Shown here: positions 1 to 10,000 of the stretch, one piece after another
Position numbering within the stretch: the first letter of the stretch is position 1
Layout: the number at the start of each line of letters is the position of its first letter
Source of the DNA: Heterodontus francisci
Taxonomy: Eukaryota
DNA: 64,000 bases
Direction: 5' to 3'
Assembly: GCF_036365525.1 (NCBI RefSeq)
Contig: NC_090417.1
Coordinates: forward strand, 3,334,832 to 3,398,831
Notes under the pieces: generated by a model
The model's input: the letters and a program-made list of their open reading frames with translations, nothing else
Told to the model about the DNA's origin: nothing
Database searches by the model: none
Translations under genes and position numbers: made by a program

Positions 1-1059
1 AAAATATCAATAAGGCTGGATTCTCACTGTTAACTAATCATCATATTTGAGGAGGAACTTGAATGAAGCTCTGCTTTGAGATGTAACAAAGGACTGTCTT
101 ATCTAAGTTACAGTTGCTTTACATTTGCCGATCATGTAGCATTGACACGAGTTCTCTGTATATATACTCTTCAGATTCTATTCCTTTCTTCTCATCAATT
201 GTGGCATTGCATATGGCAACTCATACACGTTTCTTTACGAGCTTGTGCTAAGTTGGCTCTTTGCCTTTTTTTGATTGTTATAGTCCGTTAAAAGTCAGAA
301 CAATCCAACTTATTTCATACTGTAAGGTTACATTTTCATTTTAAAAAAAATCAGCATCTTATGTGCTTGTTTTATCTCCTGTTGGATCTCAGATTCTGTA
401 TCCAGGGATTAATTGAATCTCCATATTTTAACTTGTATCCATCCAGTATTAAATATCAAAAGAGGAGAAGGTTGGGTCTTTTCAAATACACTGGATAGCT
501 TTAATATCTGCTCATGAAGTGGATGAGTGGCCTCAAAAAGCTAAAGGCTGGTACTGCAGCAAAGCATACAGACCAACAGGTCTTCGTTTCAGTCTAGTCC
601 ATGCTGATTTAACTGAGTCAACTCTGTTGTTGACCCAAATTCAAGCTACACACCAATGGGTGTCTGATTCCGTGCTTGAATCATGCCTCATGTCAATGCC
701 ACATGAGGCCCTTCAGCAGCTGGTGTCCCATTCCTTAAGGACTCATGCTCCTCATGGATGAACTCTCCAGTTTCCCCATTCCCTTCAGCCATGTGGTGCT
801 TTTCCAAGTGATGGCTCCCTTTCCCTGTGGTCCATCATTTCCGAGCCTCTGTAATAACTGTTACCTTCACTCCTGGTCATATCATGGCCCCAGGCCCTTT
901 TAGCCCTTTCTTGTTCCCCAACTGATGGCTGGCATGCTATGAGGAAGCTAGTGCCCTTTTCTCTCTCTCTCTCTCTCTCTGCTCAGTTGTCTAACTGTGC
1001 CCTATCTAAGTTACTGAATCACGAGGCACAATTATATTGGAATGGGCCTACATTCTCAG

Positions 1060-1468
1060 GAATTAAGAAGAATAAGAGGTGTTCTCATTGAAATGTGTAC
1101 ATTTCTTAGAGGGCTTGACAGAGTAGATGCTGAGAGGCTGTTTCCCCTGGCTGGGAAGTCTACAACTAAGGTTCACAGTCTCAGAATAAGAGGCTGACCA
1201 TTTAGAACGGAGACGAGGAGAAATTTCCCGACTCAAAGGGTTGTAAGTCTTTGGAATTCTCTGCCCCAGAGAGCTCTGGATGCTCAGTCATTGAGTATAT
1301 TCAAGAGTGAGAGCGATAGATTTCTGGACACTAAGAGAGCCAAGGGATATGGGGATAGGTCGGGATGGTGAAGTTGACGTGCAAGTTCAGCCATGATCTT
1401 ATTGAATGGCGGAGCAGGCTCGAGGGGCTGAATGGCCTACTGCTGTTCCTATTTCTTACATTCATATT
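1060..1468 (+). mobile_element. CR1 LINE 3' end
   Basis: agaataagaggtgttctcattgaa...ttggaattctctgccccagag...ggctcgaggggctgaatggcctactgctgttcctatttctt, the CR1 tail that recurs across the window. Confidence 0.8.
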
Positions 1469-1979
1469 CTCCTTCAGTGAAAGGAGCTGGTGATTTATAA
1501 ATTGCAGCATGTGAGATTATCCACCCAGAAAACAACTCTACTCAATCTGGACAAGGGCTTCAAATAGAAACAGAAACTATTGGCAATGCACGATAGGCCA
1601 TTCTTCATCTGGAGCTAGACCAGATAGTCTGTATCCTTTATCAGAACTGCAAAATAAGAAATTGATAAATATATTACAACTTCAGGAATGGGGGAATTTC
1701 TATTGAGAAAACAACAGACAATTAAACACAAATCAACTCAGTCAAGTAATAAACAGGACCATTGAAGACATGAAACTAATTAAGAATGTTTGAATACTTC
1801 AGTTGGTGGAAAATGGAAGAGATGGAAAGTTTGGGCATTTTTGTAATTGGAATGGGAAGTGCAGTGACCCAATAACTTCCAAAATTCCTTCTGTATTTGG
1901 AGATGGTGGGTGCACTTTACTTATCTAACTTCTGTTTCAATCTCAGAACTGATCCTCAGGTAATTTATCCATCTCTCAC

Positions 1980-2320
1980 TGTAGCTTCGAGCCCCACTCC
2001 AAACATGTAATCGAATACTGAGGGAGTGCTGCACTGTCAGAGGTGCCATCATTTGAATGAGATGTTGAACTGTGGTTTCTCTGAGGTGGGTCCCATGACA
2101 CAATGAAAAGAATAGCAGGGGAGTTCTCCTGGTGTTCTGGCCAGTGGGTATCAGTCACCATTTCCTAATACAGAAGAACTGATCATTCAACTCATTGCTG
2201 TTAGTGCCACTTCCGACAAAACAACAATAACTGCCACTTCAAAAGGAATTAATTGGTGGTGAAGTTCTTTGAAAGGTCCGATAATGTAAAAGGCACTATA
2301 TAAATGCATGTTCTTTCACT
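1980..2320 (+). mobile_element. Deu-domain-type SINE (SacSINE1-like)
   Basis: gagggagtgctgcactgtcagaggtgcc core and aggcactatataaatgca tail; the same family recurs many times in the window. Confidence 0.7.
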
Positions 2321-3342
2321 CTTTTCATTTTCCTTAGGCCTGACACTTTTTTAGCTATTCACACGTCCTTTGTTCCTCTAATACTTTTACTGGGGTGATT
2401 TCGCTATACAGACTCTCTGTTTTTGTTTCAACTTTAAGATATATTCCCCCTCCCCTTTCAGACCCTATGATTATGCTTGGATGTCTTTTCTTTAACAGTT
2501 CCGATAAAGTTACAGATCAGCATGTTATCATATTGCTGTTTGTGGGAGCTTGCTGTGCGCAAATTGTTTTCCACATTTCCTACATGACAATAGTGCCTGC
2601 AAAAGTACTTCATTGGCTGAAAGGCACGATAAAAATGCTTTATTTCTGTTCTCCCAACAGGCGCTGATTCATCTGCTGTACTTTGCTTTCGTTAGCCAAT
2701 AGTTTAGTCCTTAATCTTGTTGTAAACATTTCATTCTTTGGGACTTTGATCATTCTTTGAGTGAGATTAGGTGATGTAGGAGACAGAATAAATAAGAATC
2801 CCCTATTTTATGGAGCTATTTGTTTCACAGTTCCCTCCCTTAAATCACAAGTTCTGAATGTCTCTGCGTTCACCTTTTCCAATATGGACATGCTTAGTGT
2901 GCTGGAGTGAAAGAATTGTTGAGCACAATGTAACATTTCTTCATTAATGGTGTTCTTGGAATAAACTAAAAAAAATTCCTGCAATCTTGATTTTCTTTAT
3001 TTTTGGGTTTAGCTCCCTTTCAGCCTCTGAAATGCAGCCAGACTGAGCTATAGTGTTGGTGACACTGGAATGACCTTTCAAACCAGTCTGAATGAATCAA
3101 GACAGCAGGACGCCATTCGGTCTGTCTTGCCTGTTCTAGCTCTTTATAAGAGCTGTCTAATTTAGTTCAACAGCCAAGCTTTAATGATAAGAAGCTCTCA
3201 CTCCCACCTCAGCTTTGAGGACTGAGAATCAAATTATTGGATCCCAAGCTCAAAGTCACGAGTTCAAAGCCCAATCCAAATTAGAGTCAGGAATTCTCCT
3301 TTTAATCAAAGATGGAAGGATGCCCTGCTTTTCTCTGTATTG

Positions 3343-3600
3343 TTGAGGGAGTGCTGCACGGCTGGAGGTGCCATCTTTCAGAGGAGACATTAAACTGAGT
3401 CCCCTTCTGTACTATCAGGTGGGCGTAAAAGCACTATTTGGAAGAGTAGGAGAGTTATTCGCAGTGACTTGGCTAATATTTATCCCTCAGCCAACATCAC
3501 TAAAAACAAATGATCTGGTCATTCTCACAGTGCTGTATGTGGGAGCTTGCTGTGCTCACATTGGCTGCAGAATGTGAAAGCCACTATATAAATGCAGCTT
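3343..3600 (+). mobile_element. Deu-domain-type SINE abutting the CHMP7 promoter
   Basis: gagggagtgctgcacggctggaggtgcc...gtgggagcttgctgtgc...ctatataaatgca. Confidence 0.75.
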
Positions 3601-3790
3601 CTCAAAACGGTGCCTTGTCGCCACCTCCCGGCCAAACCCGCACGTTGCACACATAAAGCCCCGCCCCCTTCCCGCTGTGATTGGTTGGGATGGCCGTGGG
3701 GCGGTGCTGATTGGTGGAGGGCGCTGTCTATCAGGCTGATTGACAGGCCTCCTCGGGCTGGTTTGCGGCCGGAGCCGCTGCGGGGTCATG
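3600..3790 (+). promoter_or_regulatory. CHMP7 CpG-rich promoter with GC boxes and phased inverted CCAAT boxes
   Basis: GCCCCGCCCCC 3658-3668, GGGGCGG 3698-3704, ATTGG 3680-3684 and 3710-3714, variant ATTGA 3739-3743; high CpG density extending into exon 1. Confidence 0.7.
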
Positions 3791-4043
3791 TCGGAGCCGG
3801 AGCCGCAGTGCCCGGACTGGGGCGACGATGAGCGCATGGCCTTCTTGTTCTCGGCCTTTAAGCAGAACCGCGAGGTGAATTGCTCGGACTGGGACACCAA
3901 GCTCGGCTTCTGACGACGCTGATCCTGGAGGCCGCGGTTCGGCGGCGCCAAGTCAGCTTCAGGCCGCGGGAGCTGGGCTCCTGGTTCCAGAGGAAAGGTG
4001 CGGTGCCGCTGGGCCTGGGCACGGTGTTGCAGGACATGGCCAG
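3788..4043 (+). CDS. CHMP7: CHMP7 coding exon 1 (apparent 1-bp deletion giving TGA at 3911-3913)
   Basis: [41 protein letters not shown], then in the -1 frame [43 protein letters not shown](R); donor AG|gtgatg at 4044. Confidence 0.9.
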
Positions 4044-7000
4044 GTGATGGTCCCTATGGTTCAATCGCCCGGTCTCCTCCCCCCCCCCCACCCCGGTCAC
4101 CCCTCCCCCCCCCCCCCACGTCACTCTTCCCCCCCCCCCACGTCACTCTTCCCCCCCCCACGTCACTCTTCCCCCCCCCCACGTCACTCTTCCCCCCCCA
4201 CGTCACTCTTCCCCCCCCCACGTCACTCTTCCCCCCCCCACGTCACTCTTCTCCCCCCCCACGTCACTCTTCCCCCCCCAACCCCCACGTCACTCTTTCC
4301 CCCCCAACCCCCACGTCACTCTTCCCCCCCCCAACCCCCACGTCACTCTTCCCCCCCCAACCCCCACGTCACTCTTCCCCCCCCAACCCCCACGTCACTC
4401 TTCCCCCCCAACCCCCACGTCACTCTTCCCCCCCCCAACCCCCACGTCACTCTTTCCCCCCCCAACCCCCACGTCACTCTTTCCCCCCCCAACCCCCACG
4501 TCACTCTTTCCCCCCCCAACCCCCACGTCACTCTTCCCCCCCCAACCCCCACGTCACTCTTCCCCCCCCAACCCCACGTCACTCTTCCCCCCCAACCCCC
4601 ACGTCACTCTTCCCCCCCAACCCCCACGTCACTCTTCCCCCCAACCCCCACGTCACTCTTCCCCCCAACCCCCACGTCACTCTTCCCCCAACCCCCACGT
4701 CACTCTTTCCCCCCAACCCTCCACGTCACTCTTCCCCCAACCCCCACGTCACTCTTCCCCCCAACCCCCACGTCACTCTTCCCCCCAACCCCCACGTCAC
4801 TCTTCCCCCAACCCCCACGTCACTCTTCCCCCCAACCCCCACGTCACTCTTCCCCCAACCCCCACGTCACTCTTCCCCCCAACCCCCACGTCACTCTTCC
4901 CCCCAACCCCCACGTCACTCTTCCCCCCAACCCCCACGTCACTCTTCCCCCCAACCCCCACGTCACTCTTCCCCCCAACCCCCACGTCACTCTTCCCCCA
5001 ACCCCCACGTCACTCTTCCCCCCAACCCCCACGTCACTCTTCCCCCCAACCCCCACGTCACTCTTCCCCCAACCCCCACGTCACTCTTCCCCCAACCCCC
5101 ACGTCACTCTTCCCCCCAACCCCCACGTCACTCTTCCCCAACCCCCACGTCACTCTTCCCCCAACCCCCACGTCACTCTTCCCCCCAACCCCCACGTCAC
5201 TCTTCCCCCCAACCCCCACGTCACTCTTCCCCCCAACCCCACGTCACTCTTCCCCCCAACCCCCACGTCACTCTTCCCCCCAACCCCCACGTCACTCTTC
5301 CCCCCAACCCCCACGTCACTCTTCCCCCCAACCCCACGTCACTCTTCCCCCCAACCCCCACGTCACTCTTCCCCCAACCCCCCGTCACTCTCCCCCAACC
5401 CCCACGTCACTCTTCCCCCAACCCCCACGTCACTCTTCCCCCCAACCCCCACGTCACTCTTCCCCCCAACCCCCACGTCACTCTTCCCCCCAACCCCCAC
5501 GTCACTCTTCCCCCAACCCCCACGTCACTCTTCCCCCAACCCCACGTCCTCTCCCCCACGTCACTCTTCCCCCCAACCCCCACGTCACTCTTCCCCCAAC
5601 CCCCACGTCACTCTTCCCCCCAACCCCCACGTCACTCTTCCCCCCAACCCCCACGTCACTCTTCCCCCCAACCCCCACGTCACTCTTCCCCCCAACCCCC
5701 ACGTCACTCTTCCCCCAACCCCCACGTCACTCTTCCCCCCAACCCCCACGTCACTCTTCCCCCCAACCCCCACGTCACTCTTCCCCCCAACCCCCACGTC
5801 ACTCTTCCCCCCAACCCCCACGTCACTCTTCCCCCAACCCCCACGTCACTCTTCCCCCCAACCCCCACGTCACTCTTCCCCCCAACCCCCACGTCACTCT
5901 TCCCCCAACCCCCACGTCACTCTTGCCCCCCAACCCCCACGTCACTCTTGCCCCCCAACCCCCACGTCACTCTTGCCCCCCAACCCCCACGTCACTCTTG
6001 CCCCCCAACCCCCACGTCACTCTTGCCCCCCAACCCCCACGTCACTCTTGCCCCCCAACCCCCACGTCACTCTTGCCCCCAACCCCCACGTCACTCTTGC
6101 CCCCAACCCCCACGTCACTCTTGCCCCCCAACCCCACGTCACTCTTGCCCCCAACCCCCACGTCACTCTTGCCCCCCAACCCCCACGTCACTCTTGCCCC
6201 CCAACCCCCACGTCACTCTTGCCCCCCAACCCCCACGTCACTCTTGCCCCCCAACCCCCACGTCACTCTTGCCCCCAACCCCCACGTCACTCTTGCCCCC
6301 CAACCCCCACGTCACTCTTGCCCCCCAACCCCCACGTCACTCTTGCCCCCCAACCCCCACGTCACTCTTGCCCCCCCAACCCCCACGTCACTCTTCCCCC
6401 CACCCCCACGTCACTCTTCCCCGCCCCCCCCTCCGCTTCCCTCTGTCTCCACCCCCTCCGCTTCCTCTGTCTCCCCCCCCTCCGCTTCCCTCTGTCTCCC
6501 CCCCTTAGTCCCCTCCGCTTCCCTCTGTCTCCCCCCCTCCGCTTCCCTCTGTCTCCCCCCCCTCCGCTTCCCTCTGTCTCCCCCCCCCTCCGCTTCCCTC
6601 TGTCTCCCCCCCCTCCGCTTCCCTCTGTCTCCCCCCCCTCCGCTTCCTCTGTCTCCCCCCCTCCGCTTCCCTCTGTCCTCCCCCCCCTCCGCTTCCCTCT
6701 GTCTCCCCCCCCTCCGCTTCCCTCTGTCTCCCCCCCCTCCGCTTCCCTCTGTCTCCCCCCCTCCGCTTCCCTCTGTCTCCCCCCCCTCCGCTTCCCTCTG
6801 TCTCCCCCCCCTCCGCTTCCCTCTGTCTCCCCCCCCTCCGCTTCCCTCTGTCTCCCCCCCTCCGCTTCCCTCTGTCTCCCCCCCTCCGCTTCCCTCTGTC
6901 TCCCCCCCCTCCGCTTCCCTCTGTCTCCCCCCCCTCCGCTTCCCTCTGTCTCCCCCCCCTCCGCTTCCCTCTGTCTCCCCCCCCTCCGCTTCCCTCTGTC

Positions 7001-10000
7001 TCCCCCCCCTCCGCTTCCCTCTGTCTCCCCCCCCTCCGCTTCCCTCTGTCTCCCCCCCCTCCGCTTCCCTCTGTCTCCCCCCCCTCCGCTTCCTCTGTCT
7101 CCCCCCCCTCCGCTTCCCTCTGTCTCCCCCCCCACTCCGCTTCCCTCTGTCTCCCCCCCCTCCGCTTCCCTCTGTCTCCCCCCCCTCCGCTTCCCTCTGT
7201 CTCCCCCCCTCCGCTTCCCTCTGTCTCCCCCCCCTCCGCTTCCCTCTGTCTCCCCCCCCTCCGCTTCCCTCTGTCTCCCCCCCCTCCGCTTCCCTCTGTC
7301 TCCCCCCCCTCCGCTTCCCTCTGTCTCCCCCCCCTCCGCTTCCCTCTGTCTCCCCCCCCTCCGCTTCCCTCTGTCTCCCCCCCTCCGCTTCCCTCTGTCT
7401 CCCCCCCCCTCCGCTTCCCTCTGTCTCCCCCCCCCTCCGCTTCCCTCTGTCTCCCCCCCCCTCCGCTTCCCTCTGTCTCCCCCCCCCTCCGCTTCCCTCT
7501 GTCTCCCCCCCCTCCGCTTCCCTCTGTCTCCCCCCCCTCCGCTTCCCTCTGTCTCCCCCCCCTCCGCTTCCCTCTGTCTCCCCCCCCCTCCGCTTCCCTC
7601 TGTCTCCCCCCCCTCCGCTTCCCTCTGTCTCCCCCCCCTCCGCTTCCCTCTGTCTCCCCCCCCTCCGCTCCCTCTGTCTCCCCCCCCCTCCGCTTCCCTC
7701 TGTCTCCCCCCCCTCCGCTTCCCTCTGTCTCCCCCCCCTCCGCTTCCCTCTGTCTCCCCCCCCTCCGCTTCCCTCTGTCTCCCCCCCCTCCGCTTCCCTC
7801 TGTCTCCCCCCCCCTCCGCTTCCCTCTGTCTCCCCCCCCCTCCGCTTCCCTCTGTCTCCCCCCCCTCCGCTTCCCTCTGTCTCCCCCCCCTCCGCTTCCC
7901 TCTGTCTCCCCCCCCTCCGCTTCCCTCTGTCTCCCCCCCCTCCGCTTCCCTCTGTCTCCCCCCCCTCCGCTTCCCTCTGTCTCCCCCCCCTCCGCTTCCC
8001 TCTGTCTCCCCCCCCTCCGCTTCCCTCTGTCTCCCCCCCCTCCGCTTCCCTCTGTCTCCCCCCCCTCCGCTTCCCTCTGTCTCCCCCCCCCTCCGCTTCC
8101 CTCTGTCTCCCCCCCCCTCCGCTTCCCTCTGTCTCCCCCCCCTCCGCTTCCCTCTGTCTCCCCCCCCTCCGCTTCCCTCTGTCTCCCCCCCCCTCCGCTT
8201 CCCTCTGTCTCCCCCCCCTCCGCTTCCCTCTGTCTCCCCCCCCTCCGCTTCCCTCTGTCTCTCCCCCCCTCCGCTTCCCTCTGTCTCTTCCCCCCCCTCC
8301 GCTTCCCTCTGTCTCTTCCCCCCCTCCGCTTCCCTCTGTCTCTCCCCCCCTCCGCTTCCCTCTGTCTCTTCCCCCCCTCCGCTTCCCTCTGTCTCTTCCC
8401 CCCCTCCGCTTCCCTCTGTCTCTTCCCCCCCTCCGCTTCCCTCTGTCTCTTCCCCCCCTCCGCTTCCCTCTGTCTCTTCCCCCCCTCCGCTTCCCTCTGT
8501 CTCTTCCCCCCCTCCGCTTCCCTCTGTCTCTCCCCCCTCCGCTTCCCTCTGTCTCCCCCCCCCTCCGCTTCCCTCTGTCTCCCCCCCCTCCGCTTCCCTC
8601 TGTCTCCCCCCCCTCCGCTTCCCTCTGTCTCTTCCCCCTCCGCTTCCCTCTGTCTCTTCCCCCTCCGCTTCCCTCTGTCTCTCCCCCTCCGCTTCCCTCT
8701 CTCTTCCCCCTCCGCTTCCCTCTCTCTTCCCCCCTCCGCTTCCCTCTCTCTTCCCCCTCCGCTTCCCTCTCTCTTCCCCCTCCGCTTCCCTCTCTCTTCC
8801 CCCTCCGCTTCCCTCTCTCTTCCCCCTCCGCTTCCCTCTCTCTTCCCCCTCCGCTTCCCTCTCTCTTCCCCCTCCGCTTCCCTCTCTCTTCCCCCTCCGC
8901 TTCCCTCTCTCTTCCCCCTCCGCTTCCCTCTCTCTACCCCCTCCGCTTCCCTCTCTCTTCCCCCTCCGCTTCCCTCTCTCTTCCCCCTCCGCTTCCCTCT
9001 CTCTTCCCCCTCCGCTTCGCTCTCTCTTCCCCCTCCGCTTCGCTCTCTCTTCCCCCTCCGCTTCGCTCTCTCTTCCCCCTCCGCTTCGCTCTCTCTTCCC
9101 CCTCCGCTTCCCTCTCTCTTCCCCCTCCGCTTCCCTCTCTCTTCCCCCTCCGCTTCCCTCTCTCTTCCCCCTCCGCTTCCCTCTCTCTTCCCCCTCCGCT
9201 TCCCTCTCTCTTCCCCCTCCGCTTCCCTCTCTCTTCCCCCTCCGCTTCCCTCTCTGCTTCCCTCTCTCTTCCCCCTCCGCTTCCCTCTCTCTTCCCCCTC
9301 CGCTTCCCTCTCTCTTCCCCCTCCGCTTCCCTCTCTCTTCCCCCTCCGCTTCCCTCTCTCTTCCCCCTCCGCTTCCCTCTCTCTTCCCCCTCCGCTTCCC
9401 TCTCTCTTCCCCCTCCGCTTCCCTCTCTCTTCCCCCTCCGCTTCCCTCTCTCTTCCCCCTCCGCTTCCCTCTCTCTTCCCCCTCCGCTTCCCTCTCTCTT
9501 CCCCCTCCGCTTCCCTCTCTCTTCCCCCTCCGCTTCCCTCTCTCTTCCCCCTCCGCTTCCCTCTCTCTTCCCCCTCCGCTTCCCCCTCTCTTCCCCCTCC
9601 GCTTCCCCCTCTCTTCCCCCTCCGCTTCCCCCTCTCTTCCCCCTCCGCTTCCCTCTCTCTCTCTCTTTCCCCCCCCGCTTCCCTCTCTCTTCCCCCCCCT
9701 CCGTTTCCCTCCCACTCCCCCCCCCACCCCTCCGCTTCCCTCTCTCTTCCCCCCCCGCTTCCCTCTCTCTCTCTCTTCCCCCCCCCCGCTTCCCTCTCTC
9801 TCTCCTCCCCCTCCGTTTCCCTCCCACTCCCCCCCCCACCCCTCCGCTTCCCTCTCTCTTCCCCCTCCGCTTCCCTCTCTCTCTCTCTTCCCCCTCCGCT
9901 TCCCTCTCTCTCTCTCTTCCCCCTCCGCTTCCCTCTCTCTTCCCCCTCCGCTTCCCTCTCTCTTCCCCCTCCGCTTCCCTCTCTCTTCCCCCTCCGCTTC

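Noticed and set aside
3585-3592. TATATAAA as the CHMP7 TATA box
   Set aside because: It is the standard SINE 3' tail and lies upstream of the GC and CCAAT boxes, the wrong position for a core TATA.
3860-3915. Programmed ribosomal frameshift or stop read-through in CHMP7 exon 1
   Set aside because: A -1 shift is needed and there is no canonical slippery heptamer; simple read-through meets another TGA at 3920. One missing G explains everything more simply.
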